In this document: in pieces, positions 38,885 through 51,499 of the stretch
How the letters are laid out: each line of letters opens with the position of its first letter
Numbering within the stretch: the first letter of the stretch is position 1
Assembly (NCBI GenBank): GCA_030265395.1
Contig: JARFYF010000060.1
Coordinates: forward strand, 14,007,948-14,071,947
Length of the DNA: 64,000 bases
Direction of reading: 5' to 3'
DNA from: Rhina ancylostomus
Lineage: Eukaryota
Notes under the pieces: model-generated
What the model saw: the letters and a program-made list of their open reading frames with translations, nothing else
What the model was told of the DNA's origin: nothing
The model's database searches: none
Made by a program: the position numbers and the translations under genes

Positions 38885-39200
38885 ATTCATTGACAGATGT
38901 GAGTGACTGGCAAGTCTAGTGTTCTTCTGTATTGCTTTGAACTGAGTGGCTTGTGGGACCAAGCTGCACAACTCCACTTGTGCAGTTGTACCAAGCTGCA
39001 CAACTGAACAACTCGACTTGTGCAGTTAAGAATCCCCCACATTGCTGAGGGTCTGAAGTCACATTTTGGCAGGGCCAGGAGAAAACTGCACATTTCTTTC
39101 CTGAAAGGATATGAGTGATTCAGATGGGTTTTTACAATGATACAGTGGTTTCTGATATTGATGGTAGTCTTTTTAATCTGGATTTCAGCCTGTAATTTAC
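38885..39200 (-). mobile_element. LF-SINE-like element
   Basis: Reverse homology to 10075-10405 (gcagttaagaatcccccacattgctgagggtctgaagtcaca...cagatgggtttttacaa). Confidence 0.5.
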
Positions 39201-40104
39201 TTCGGATTCCCCAACTATCATGGAGGGAATTGGTTTACATCATTGGTCAATGCCGATGGATTTCTACTCTTGCAATATTAGCACACTGCTATCACACAAC
39301 TCTACCACTTTCTTATTCATACCGTTTGAAAAGTAAGATGTCGGAGAGGACAACTGGGGAGGAAAAACAAAACAGGACAGAATGGCAGCTATCTTTCCTC
39401 ACATGCAACCAAATTAAGCATCCTAAACAAAGTCAACAATTGGATGAAATGCTGAGTGTTGCATGGTGGAAGGAGGCATTGAGCAGTTAAATGAAATAAT
39501 ACACTATAGCTGAAAGAAAAATGTTGTTCTTAGCATAAACCCTGAATATACCAGTTGAATAAATCAACAAGAATCTCTATTGAGATTTAATTCCTCAATT
39601 ATGATTCATCTATCTTTCTTCTCTAAGTAGAAATATTGGTGAATCTAAAAATTCAGCATGTTTAAAGACCTGACAGATCTCTGTCACAAAATGAAGCGCA
39701 TGCACCTAAGTACAATAGTGCAGAATTATATTCTTACTGATTCTATTGCTGAGTTTAAGAGTAAGTAGTTCACAGTATAACATTCGGCTGCAAATCACAC
39801 ATTGCACTTCAGCTCAGTAATTCCTACAGGAGTTCTTATGATTGTTCCCTGTATATTTAATTGATTTTTAATGGCTTCCATGGTGCATAGGTGCAAAAGC
39901 CTGATAAGTTGTTTGTTAGGTATTTCTTTCCAGGCAGTTGCAGGCAGGAGCTCCGGGAATCTCCTTCAAAATTCTGCCAATTGAGCATTCTATTCATTTA
40001 GTGGGTTAGAATTTAAGCAATGAATTTGACTGTTAGAAATTTGATGAAGAACTAAGTAATTAGGAAACAATCAGAAACATATAACCACAAAAGTTTAGCA
40101 ACAC

Positions 40105-40272
40105 CATGACCTCTCTGATCACTTTGTTTTGTTATTGTACTAATTGTGTTTTTCTCTAGTAAAAATTGTGTATAATTTATGTTTTTCTTGTGAATACTGC
40201 TTACTATGTGCCTGTGATGCTGCTGCAAGTAAGTTTTTCATTGCCCCTGTGCAGACATGGACTTGTGCAGAT
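40105..40272 (+). mobile_element. Rex1/Babar-like 3'UTR, same family as 1080-1366
   Basis: Shared gcctgtgatgctgctgc..aagtttttcattgc..gtgca..acttgtgcagatga..aataa. Confidence 0.6.
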
Positions 40273-40359
40273 GATAATAACTTTGACTTTGATATGAAAA
40301 GCAATGAAATGTGAATTGTAAGAGATTAAAAAGAGCTTAACTATGGTACCTAGCTGTGT

Positions 40360-40660
40360 TAAGGTTGTCCCTGGGTTATAAATGTTGACTTATGGACACC
40401 CCTATATACCAGTGAGTTCCCATAATATTATTAAATTTAGAGGTCTGATGTACATACATATCTTTGTTGCCATAAATGGCAGAATTAGTTTCGTCTCTCT
40501 GTCCACTTTTAGTAATTGGTCTTTCTTATGTACTTTTGATGCCATTTATTACAATATTGTGAAGGTATGGTTACCATATCGAGTTATTTTTTGTGTACTT
40601 TCTGACTTGCAGGCAAAATCGACTTCTGAATGTCTGTTCATTACCTGGGAATGGTCCATA
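40360..40660. mobile_element. Possible Tc1/mariner (Tigger-like) MITE, degenerate
   Basis: Ends taaggttgtccctgggttataaatg and gttcattacctgggaatggtccata are loosely inverted and resemble CAGGT..CCCCGGGTTACGAAC TIRs after CpG decay. Confidence 0.4.
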
Positions 40661-42659
40661 TTGGCCAGGATGCACTGTGCTGTATTAAATATTCTCCTGT
40701 GAGCAGACTAATGGAGAAGCTGTAAATTCTTCAGTCTAGTTCAGATAGCGAGATATTTAGGAGTATGAATACAGAGGGCAAATTTGTTTTCTTAACCATG
40801 CAGCTGATTGCAGTTAAGCAAGTGGTTTGCTAACAGCTTACTTCACTGGCACGAGAATGGATGGATAAGTTTTAGAGTTTCTGTTTCTGAGCAGAAAGTT
40901 GATAACAATTTGTTATTCCATCAAGTGTTAACTGAAAGACCTTGAAGGAGTCTAGTCCTCAGCACCCAGATCCAGTGCTGTACAATTAAACGACAAAGAA
41001 CAGATGGATCATTCTGGGCTGACATATGTCCAGGACAAATCAGGAAAATGGATGTTAGGCAGGGGTTTGAGCTGGACAGCATTCACTGACCTGAGGAGAA
41101 GCTGAATCTGATGGTCCACACTGAACTAGTCATCTATCATCAGGTACCAGACAAGATAGCAAGAAGCTACTAATTAGAGAAAAAAAAGTGAAAGTACTTC
41201 CAGCCATTCTGCCTGTTTTAATCCAGTGTACCATTTGTCTGTTAAGTTGCATTTCTTCTTGAAGTAAGTGAATGTTACCATCTGACTATCAACAAGACTA
41301 AAGCCAAAATCGACCTGGACGTGTTGATTACCCAAAATCCAGCAAATGCATGCCAATATCATGCAGCAACACATTAGATTTTTAACATGTTTTACAAAGG
41401 ATAAACAGACATATGACATTGGGTTGATCTTCACCTGTGAGAGGTTGCCTCAGAATTTGTGTTACAACTATTGCTCTGCAGGTAAATATATATGATTTTA
41501 CTAAAAACATAATAATTGATGGGCAGTGACTATTTCCTGTAGGTCTATTGTTAGAAATATTATGGGGAAATGTCAGACTGGATCCTCCAGTCTCAGCCCT
41601 ACCACTGTGAATTGTGATGGATGCTTGCCAGTTTAAGAGTTAGACTGCCAGCCATNNNNNNNNNNNNNNNNNNNNNNNNNNNNNNNNNNNNNNNNNNNNN
41701 NNNNNNNNNNNNNNNNNNNNNNNNNNNNNNNNNNNNNNNNNNNNNNNNNNNNNNNNNNNNNNNNNNNNNNNNNNNNNNNNNNNNNNNNNNNNNNNNNNNN
41801 NNNNNNNNNNNNNNNNNNNNNNNNNNNNNNNNNNNNNNNNNNNNNNNNNNNNNNNNNNNNNNNNNNNNNNNNNNNNNNNNNNNNNNNNNNNNNNNNNNNN
41901 NNNNNNNNNNNNNNNNNNNNNNNNNNNNNNNNNNNNNNNNNNNNNNNNNNNNNNNNNNNNNNNNNNNNNNNNNNNNNNNNNNNNNNNNNNNNNNNNNNNN
42001 NNNNNNNNNNNNNNNNNNNNNNNNNNNNNNNNNNNNNNNNNNNNNNNNNNAAAAAAATAGCGTTTCAGCAAAAGTGTTTTATAGATGTAATTAAACATTC
42101 CCTGAGATACAGGGGTCAACTGCTTTTGGTCGATGTCAGCTCTGTCCAAAGTCACAACAAAGGGAGACAATTTTTATGGTCGGGATCTATTATCATTCTA
42201 TCACACAAGTGCTCAAAGCACTGTGGAACCCACCAGGATTGGGTAAATTAATAGAGAGGCTGAAAGAGCAATGTTTCCTGGTAGGGCCACAGCAAGGAAT
42301 TATTTATTTATGAGATAACAAAGGACATTAATGCTCGTCCTGACCTTACAAAAATCAGTGATAAGCTTTCCTAAGCATAATGTAGTAGTCCCTTTAGAGA
42401 GTACTCTTTAACTTACTCAGTGCCAAGCATCAATATTCTGGAATTGTTTGGTGATCCTATTGATGTTAAAGAACTATGGATCAACTCCCAACCCTTTCCA
42501 AAGCACTTGAATGTGGTGGTGTCTCCCAGATCTGTGTCCATCTTTTCTCAACTTCAGGTTAGAACCTTTATGTCAAATATCTTATATTTCTTATAATATT
42601 GAAACCAAAGTGACTGTGACAAAAATTAAAGTTCACTTCTCATTCTGTAGGCTTTCACT

Positions 42660-42990
42660 AGGCTGACCACACGATCTTCTTCAAACACCCCTCCACCACA
42701 TCCATCAGGTTAGAATCTGGTTCCATCCTTATCTAACCAGCTGAGCCAAAGAATCTCCAGGAATGACTTCTCCCTGCTCCATTACCTCAGTTCTTGGTCA
42801 TTTCCTATTTCTCATCTCCATGCTGCCCACAGGCAAAGTTATCTAAACTTCCCTGTCACTTACCACATGCATGCTGGCAACCTCACCACCACCTCTCCTG
42901 ACTGCTCACTGTCTCTAATTTTCACCACCCAGGCTGGATCAATAGGAATTTCCTACAGTTAATTATTGGGAAAACCATAGCTACTACCTT
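42660..42990 (+). mobile_element. L2 LINE reverse transcriptase fragment
   Basis: WFHPYL (~WFHSYLS), ISMLPTG (~IYMLPLG), YHMHAGN (~FHMYADD) and WINRNFLQLIIGKT (~WMS.NFLQLNIGKT). Confidence 0.65.
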
Positions 42991-43416
42991 TAGTTCTTGC
43001 CATAAACTTTATTCTTTTTCCACCAATTCCAGTTCATGGTCAAGGCAGTAATGGTAATTATCACAACATCAAATAAAATCTATGAATGACAGTTTGAGAT
43101 GTTATATGTACACCTGAAACATTTGCAAAACAGTGATCGGCCTTTCTTTGAAATGGAGCATTAAGCATTATACATTAAAGCATTAATTGGGTTAGTCAAT
43201 GGGTTATAGTGTTAGGTAAAAGAATGGTCTATATGAATGGTCTAAGTGTTCAAATGTAATAAAATAAATAGCATTTAAAATCAATGCTATCCAAAAGATA
43301 TAAAGCACATTTAACCTATATCTGAAGAAGAACTTGTGTAAGGTATGAATGCCTTATTCATTCCTCTTCAAAGTTATCTAATGCTCAGCCCTATTTCAGT
43401 TCATCACGTCACTCAC

Positions 43417-43538
43417 TGTTTTTTCGGCGTGGTTTTGAAGGGAGCTGGGTTGCCTTCTTGGGCTTTCTCACACGTTGATATCTCAGTCCTTCGAAGCTCT
43501 CAGGTACAGCAGCCGCACCATGTGTATCTGAAGGCCTC
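43417..43538 (-). CDS. Internal coding exon (122 nt, phase 2/1) of the same minus-strand gene
   Basis: Acceptor ctgtttctcttgctcttgcAG and donor A|GTGAGT. The single open frame is RPSDTHGAAAVPESFEGLRYQRVRKPKKATQLPSKPRRKN; several CpGs are retained. Confidence 0.78.
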
Positions 43539-45309
43539 CTGCAAGAGCAAGAGAAACAGAAAAGGGGATGGGGAAAAATTCAATTTTAACAGTTAGTCTG
43601 ACTTGCAATTATCCATCATCACTGAATAATAAATTGCTATAGTAAAACATCTGCTTATTAAAATGTTGACGATAGTGCCCGAACCAAAATTCAACCATTT
43701 GTTTGGATAGACCAGATCTAAGATATTTTAAACAGAGTTGTATTCAAGCCACATTGCCTGAATGCATTTAGGTTTTTAAAGTGTTATAATTTTATATTTC
43801 TCAGTCTCTTCATTCCCTTGGGCCAGATTGGCCATCCTATTGAAAAAAGAGCAATGTGATGATATATTCCCAGTAACTTGGGCTTTGCCTGATTATAAAA
43901 AGTCACATGGCAGTGCAGAGGAATGACTGGATGGATGTTATGAAGAGATTGGTGAGAGGTTAAAGCAGTTGACTGCTAATCCACTGTAATCTGAACATCT
44001 GGATTCAAATCCCATTCTCATTTCTTTGAATGAACTGTGTTTGCACATCGTTATCAATGGAATTACTGTCCATAAAATGAAGTATTTTTGTAAAAAAATA
44101 TAGGATTATTGCTTCATCCTCATGGGAAATGCCTGTCTTCTGCTGGGTGTTTTAGCCTAATAAAAAAATCTGAGATCAAAGGTCACCATGAAGGGAACTA
44201 AAACATTAAATCTTGAACTCTACCTGGCAAACTGAAGTCCAGATCGCTGTGCACTCTGTCAGATGCTGGTTCTCTGTAAAGAGGAAGGAGCATGTGGGTG
44301 GAAAATGTTCATGGCCCATTTTCTGGCACATGAAGCATGTATCCCAAGAGCAAAGCCTGAGGCTCACCTCAAATTCTATTTCAGGTCTTGGCCACTTAAT
44401 TTGGGCAAGCTTGCAAAGTCTTTTATACCCCCACATTTAATTTGACTTCATGGAAATATCCTGAAGTTGTTCACAAACAGAAGGTGGGGCATAAATGTGA
44501 AAGGATGGGAAGAGCACGCCACCTAAAATGGGAAAAGTCCACTCTTGCTCTGCTGGTTAGAACCAATTCCTGAGCAGGCACTGAAAGCAGACACTTAGTC
44601 CAGCATTTACATGTGTAATAAACAGTTAGTTTTTGATGGCTCCAAGGGACACTGAGAGAAAAAAAAACTGGTTAGATGTTTATTGAAGGTCCATAATGTA
44701 TAGGAACCAGGCCCACTTCCCCTTAAGTAGGTAAAATGAGATATAATTTTCTATGTTTTTTTTATATTCCAAAAATTTCCAATCTCTACATGATAAAAGG
44801 GACTGAACCAGAATTATGGTGATAGACTGCTGCTATAAATTATAAATCCACTCATTGGCTTCCTTCTGAAAATTAAATGTTCCTAATTATGTATTCCCTT
44901 TATCATTCATTTACCGCTTCCAATCATGCAAAGCATTTTCTCAAATGAAAGGATAAACTGATGCCTGTCCTTGGTGGTTGGCTGCTCCGATATCTGGGCT
45001 GAGTTCTCTCTTCTTATTTTCTCCTCCCTGCTTGAGGTCACAGAGCTTAATGTGCAGCAAATGGATGTATAATCCTATAGTATGTGACTCAAAGCACTTG
45101 AGAAATTATCGACTGAGTATGCATATTATTAGCAATTAGCTCGGGGTTGGGTCAAAGAAAGCAGTGGAAATTATTGAAAGACGATGTAAGTTAAGTGTCA
45201 CATTGATATAATTGTGTTAAAATGAACTGTGATCATAGGTTGACAGGTCAGAAGTCTGGTTGACAGGGCTGCAATGAAAGCAATATTATTACTCAATGCT
45301 GGGCAACCT

Positions 45310-45650
45310 GCATTTACTCAGTACTCTTATTGTTTTTACCACTACTACCTCAATGCACTCTGTACTGACTCAATGTAACTGCACTGTGTAATGATTTGAT
45401 CTGTACAATCGGTTTGCAAGACAAGTTTTTCACTGGACCTTGGTACAAGTGCCAATAATAAACCAATGCCTCATCACGGCCCTTGCACCTCATTGTCTGC
45501 CTGCACTGCACGCTCTCTGCAACTGTAACACCATATTCCGCATTCTGCTTTTCCTTTCTGCACTACCTCGGTGTACTTACGTATGGGGTGATCTGTCTGG
45601 CTGGCACTGTATCACGGTACACATGGCAGTAAGAAACCAATTACTAATTC
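45310..45650 (+). mobile_element. Two adjacent Rex1/Babar 3'UTR fragments
   Basis: Both parts match the 3'UTR at 29260-29460. Further copies lie at 47140-47250 and 55600-55797. Confidence 0.65.
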
Positions 45651-45715
45651 CAGCTTGCAGCCGCTTTCAAAGTCAATACTGGGCCCAGTGGTGCAGGTAG
45701 GGACTTAACCTCATC

Positions 45716-45925
45716 AGGTCATGGAGTCGTACAGCATGGAAGCAGGCCATTCGGCCCACTTTGTCTATACTGACCAGTGGGCACCCATCCGTAGCAATCC
45801 GGCACCTGTCCTGTCCCCTTCCATACCTCAGTGCTTCGAGTGCTCGTCCAGAGACTTCCTAAATACTGTCAGTGACCCTGCTTCCACCCGTCCCTCTAAC
45901 AGTGTGTTCCAGGTCCTCACCGCTC
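45716..45925 (-). mobile_element. CR1 3' tail fragment
   Basis: catggagtcgtacagcatggaagcaggccattcggcccac; minus-strand RAVRTWNTLLEGRVEAGSLTVFRKSLDEH. Confidence 0.75.
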
Positions 45926-46044
45926 TCTTCGGCAGGCCCGGAGGCGGCGGGGCTGTGCAGTCTGGGAGACATGGACCACCAGCCCGCACTCTGCTACGGA
46001 GCACGCGGAGGAGGCCGGGGGGGGGGGGTTGGTGAAGGGCTATC

Positions 46045-46400
46045 ACCTTCTTCCTGGAGCCCCTCGGGGCCAATGATGACTTGCTGCCAGTCCAGTTCTG
46101 TAGGTCCCGATCATGGCCAATGAGGCTGAAGCCAAGCTGCTCAATGGGGCAGTTGGGTGGGACCAGCCTGTGAGGTGGGTCACTCCTTCCACTGGCTCCC
46201 AACAACACTCAAGGTTCTCAAAGACATCACAGCTGCCCCTTCCTCGTTGGTCTTGGGCCAGGAATTTTCAGGAGTTACTTTTTCCTGAGGAGGTTTTTAA
46301 GAACATCCTTCAGACATTTCCTCTGTCCACCTAGTTAGCCCTTACCGGCTGTTTCGGACAATGTGGCCGATGTGGTCGGTGTGACCAGCTGAATGTCACA
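46045..46400 (-). mobile_element. RTE-clade LINE 3' fragment
   Basis: Minus-strand GGQRKCLKDVLK (~GGQRKRFKDVLK) and terminal GSKSSLAPRGSRKK (~GSKSSSIPRD..RRR). Confidence 0.6.
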
Positions 46401-48344
46401 CGGGTCCGACAGAGCAAGGTCTTGCTCCAGAGAAACAGGTGCCCACCTGAAGGGTAATACACAACAGGCAGAGCAGGCAGTTTAACAAAAGGCAACAGAC
46501 CAGAGTGATTAAAATAAACAGCTAATTCAATCAGAGCCTGAGATGGGTTGTTTTGAGCCTGCCAGGAGAAGGTTTAATAAGGAGACTGAAGGCAAACATT
46601 TGGAGCCCAAGAGAAAAAAAAAACAAATACAAGCCACTAATTGTGGCAAAGCAGTGGACTGTGACAAGGGCACACCGAGTCTCCGAGAGGGTTAGCTCAA
46701 CGATGCAGCAGCAGGAGAACAATTTGAAAAGGCAAAGAGCCTACTGCAAAACATGTCGAGAAGGGACCGAACGAGTGGTTGCCAAGAGTCCAGCCGAAGC
46801 CCAGAGAAAATTCAGCAGCAGTTCCACCGCGTTTCTCTCTCCATCACTGTGGGACCACCTCATGGATCTTACGTCACCAACGGGTATCTTAAGATCAGTG
46901 GAAACCTGCTCTGTATACATTGCCATGGTAATGACACAGTCAGCCTACAGTTATGACAGAGAGGGATTCCTGCTACCTGACAACAACTAGTATCTGACTG
47001 TGATGCTCTGAGCGCAGTGGACTCAGAAATAAAATTAATNNNNNNNNNNNNNNNNNNNNNNNNNNNNNNNNNNNNNNNNNNNNNNNNNNNNNNNNNNNNN
47101 NNNNNNNNNNNNNNNNNNNNNNNNNNNNNNNNNNNNNNNTGACTCAATGTAACTGCACTGTGTAATGAATTGACCTCTACGATCGGTTTGTAAGACAAGC
47201 TTTTCACTGTACCTTGGTACAAGTGACAATAATAAACCAATACCAATACTAAATTCCAACATTACCACCAACTATACTAGATCTTACCCAGAACTATTTC
47301 ACACCACTCATGTTATGAGCACTAAATTTAGCAGAATTGATTTCATTCTCAAATGGAGATTTTATTTATCTAATAATTTTCAATTAAATATGGATTAAAA
47401 ATGATAGGTGGATTACAACAGTTTACTTCAATGGACTGTTATTCTGTTCATTACAAAATCTGCCATTAAAGCCGTGATGGTAAGGCACTTACAATGGTGA
47501 ACTAACTTTAGCTCTGTAGCCAAAGCCACTGCATTAATATTTACATATCACAAACTACTATGTTGCACAGAAAGATTTCAAGTGTTGAGGCACTTGCATG
47601 ACAACCCAGTACTTCTCTCCACCCCTCACCACCCCCAACAACAGAGCATCATTTCGGACAACTGACAGCCTCCTTTGCTGACCAGAATTCTAGCTGACAT
47701 GAAACCGCAGCAGTGCGATATTCTAATGTTCAACACTAGCCTCCAATTGCACAACCTTGACTGCCATTTTGTACTATGCCTCTCATTGGCTTGACTTCTG
47801 CATTCTCCCCACCCTTAAGCCTCCTCCCCTCCCTTATCTCTTTCTTGGTCCAATTGCCTCTAATCTATTCAGCCTTAATCAACCTGTATGCAGTGTGTTA
47901 TGGACTATCCTGGGAGAAGTTTGTCTAGGTCTTGGTGCTAAACACGTGAAAGTACTTGCTGCAGGTCGTCCTCATTATCACACATATGGTTCTATTTTGA
48001 ACCATATATAGAAAATTGAGTGCCACCAATGGCTGACCTGACACATCTTTAGAACTTCCCTCTGACATCTAGAGCACTATAGAACTTTGGCTTGTAAATG
48101 TAGTTGAATACATATGTTTGCTTTGAGTTTCCTATGTTTTCTGCTTTGTCCTCTCTTTGTTTCCTGCTTAACAACAGCATCATCAAGACCATCATATAAA
48201 TTTATAATTAATGACATAATGCAAAATAGTCTCAGAGGTTTTAAACCAATTATGTGCTAATCCTGTGGAATGACACAATGTGTGGGATCATGCTCATAAG
48301 ACATTATCCTAAGAAAGCCCCAGTATACGGAATAGCACGGAATT

Positions 48345-48560
48345 CACAGTTCAGAAACAGGCCAGATGACCAAAATGATCCCAGATGGTGTTTTTCTCCA
48401 CAAAAGCCTCCTCCATTCCAACTTCACTCAACCTATCAGCATTCACTTGTTTCTCCATCATGAGCACCCAGCTTTCTCTTAAATATATTTGTCCTATTCC
48501 ACATATGCAACCCCATTTTTTAATGACTCTGGGTACATTAATTTCTCCTGGTCCCACACT
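48345..48560 (-). mobile_element. CR1 3' tail fragment
   Basis: Minus-strand ggaggaggcttttgtggagaaaaacacc...tggcctgtttctg is a CR1 3'UTR; it explains ORF 48351-48752. Confidence 0.6.
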
Positions 48561-50280
48561 GGATTTATTGGAGACTACCGCACAATCTTGGCTCACGTAA
48601 TAATGAGACTCTGAGGTGAAGTGTNNNNNNNNNNNNNNNNNNNNNNNNNNNNNNNNNNNNNNNNNNNNNNNNNNNNNNNNNNNNNNNNNNNNNNNNNNNN
48701 NNNNNNNNNNNNNNNNNNNNNNNNTCAAGTAATAATGAGAAACTGAGGTCAATTTTTATTTTTAGATGACAGATTGAGCAGTCCACTCTGACTGACTGGT
48801 TTGCATTGCCCTATGTCTTTGGGGCCGCAAGCTCATATAAATTTGACAGGGATGCTGCAAATCAGTAAGCAAATGGATTGCTTGATTGAGGGCTCAGAGG
48901 ACAGGGAAAGGGTGCAATCATGGAGGTTGGGGTTGCTGGGTTGGTAGCCACCAGAACTTTGAATTCTATTTTAAAAGGAGACTTCTGCTTGTAACAGGGA
49001 GATGTTTTAGATAAAAGGTCATTGATGTCGATCAGATAGTAAAGTTACTGACCCCAATTTGAGGCTACTATGGTCCTTTAATGATCAGAAGGCAATTAAG
49101 AAGAACCTTTTTGTGTGAAGATCAGAGCTGTCCCTACAATCATAGGAGGAATCATCATTCCTGGGTTCCTCCAGGGCTTCAAACAGCACTGGTGGAATTC
49201 AAAGAGTAGGTTATGCAGTTCCCTTCTTGGATGAAGGACAGCACACGATAAGAAGGGGATGGAAGAAATATTCGAGAAAGATGGAGATTCACACTCAAAA
49301 ATAACACAAATTCAAAATAAGAGAGTTAAATAAATTTTATACTTCTGCACTGAATATTATCTTTATAGTGTCAGTGTGTAATTCTGTTGTGTTGGATGCA
49401 GGCTGTAGAACTGAAGTTGATGTGGGGTGGGATTGATTGGAACATACTGGATTCCATGGATTTCCTGTGTGGAATTTTGGATTAAAACTTACCTCAATGT
49501 CTCTACACTAGTCACCAAGATGCCGGCACTCTCTCAATGTAATGAAAACATTGATTATTGGACAAAGATGAAATTGGCCATTTGCTAGAACACGAAAGGT
49601 GCTCATTGTGAAGAATCAGCATATTTTATAACAGTTTTATAATTATGTTTCCATTATTTTACTGCATGCATTTCAAGAGATTACAAGAAAATGAGATTGA
49701 CGTTCTAATGTTATTTGACAACCTTCTAGTTCATTTACTGGAGCCATTAAAACTTCATCTTTGATTCCTGAAATGTATGGAGCATTTTGCAAGGCTTCTG
49801 GTCAGCCTGATGGGATTGAGAGTGTGCTTGGAAAGCTCCTTAGTCTAAACTGTTTGCCTACAATGACTGGCTGAATTTTAGTGCAGGGCTATTTGGAAAA
49901 TGATGAAATAACAAACTATGCCGCTGAGTGACCAGCTCTAGTTCTGGTGTCACAACTGTTTATACAAGCTCACAAACTTGGTAGGGCTGTTAGTGGGTAG
50001 GACAAGGGGAGGTGGTGGTGGTGGGAGAGGACACAGGTAAGTGGGGCATCAGTGAAGTGATAGGTTGGGTGTCACCACTAGCCAACTGTGAGCACCTCAC
50101 CTACAGGGAAGTTACAGAGGAGCATGGGCAGATACCTGAATGGAGTTTGCCAACCCTGCCTCTCAGCAAGGAATGCCAAGTGCTGTGGAGGAACCTAAAG
50201 AGGAGGAAAAGAAATTTTGTGAAGCAATAAATGTAAGTAAATGGAGAAGAGCACTTACAACAGACATTTCATGAAATATT

Positions 50281-50861
50281 GGGCTGGATCATACTCGATC
50301 TGACCCACTTCCTGTGCTCGATCTTTGCGCCAGCCTCAGAGCCACTCTTACCTGTTGCAACTCTGTCAATGACTGTGAGACCACAGTTCCACGGCCGTGA
50401 TGAGCAAGTCTCCAGGTAACGCATCCCAAGGGCCTGCCCTCAGTCCCCTCCCCCACATCCAGTGTTTTAAATGTTCCAGTGTAAGTAAATAATTAAAAAA
50501 TAAAATTTATTGCAAAAAAAACATTACTTATAAAGACATAAAGTTGCTGTTAATTAATTAAAACATAAACATATCGTGATAAAAGGAAAATAAACAAAAC
50601 CTTGGGTAAACTTACTCTTTTTAGTGAAGGCGGTGACCTTGTTCAGATGAAGTGTGTCTGACCCCTCAGCTCAAGACACTAAGGACTGCCCCTATACTCA
50701 ATGGCCTGTGACGGAGGGAGAGGTCATCCGATTTCCAATGCATTATGTTCTTCCACATTGTACTGCATGGTACGGCAGTCCAGAACATGCTGATGTGCAC
50801 ACTGCTGTTAGCCACCATTTCTCTATGGAATTGCTGGCTAAAAAGTAGCAGGATCTGGCCC
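50281..50861. mobile_element. Candidate PIF/Harbinger-type MITE (581 bp)
   Basis: Termini GGGCTGGATCATACT and (reverse complement) GGGCCAGATCCTGCT match at 11/15; identical 3-bp flanks ATT at 50278-50280 and 50862-50864. Confidence 0.55.
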
Positions 50862-51499
50862 ATTACTTTTACTGTCTGGCTGATCTGAAGTTCTTTAAAT
50901 GGACGAGGTCTCTGGGGCGGGGCTTCCAGCTTGCCTGATGTCCAAAGCTTAATTTTATGCTTGCCTCATCAGCTGTTCTTAATGGAATTTTCACTTATGT
51001 TTAATTTGGCATCATGTTCAGCACAGACATTGTNNNNNNNNNNTGGGCTGAAGGGCCTGTTCCTGTGCTGTACTGTTCTATATTCCAAATTGACAGATTG
51101 GGAAATTAGACAGAACATCTTCACTTTCAGATTCATTGGGTCTTTCCTGGCATTTCTGTCTATTTCATATATAACGGGATAGCCTCAAAATTAATCAAAA
51201 TTGAAATACACAAAACTGAGCACAAATTTTATAATGAAAACTAATCTTGTTAACAGACTAACATAAACAATGTTACAAGTCTTAGGCAATTCTCTGCTTA
51301 ATGTTCTGCTCTAGTGCTGAAGTCATGGCAATCAGTTATGACATTTTTAATTAAAAGTTACATTATGTATTTGTCCATTAGAAATATTTCAACATGATTT
51401 ATTTTTAATTGAAAGTTTTTCAGAGTAGTTTAAGGAGTTACTTTTTTCAAAAACACCATATTCTACCTTACATATAATAAAAACACAAAAAGTCAAAAC

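Noticed and set aside
46553-46990. 145-aa plus-strand ORF
   Set aside because: Non-ATG start (TTG), no recognisable domain and no convincing splice sites; treated as regulatory or unknown.
48351-48624. Exon-like peptide EKQVNADRLSEVGMEEAFVEKNT
   Set aside because: The nucleotide sequence is a CR1 3'UTR.
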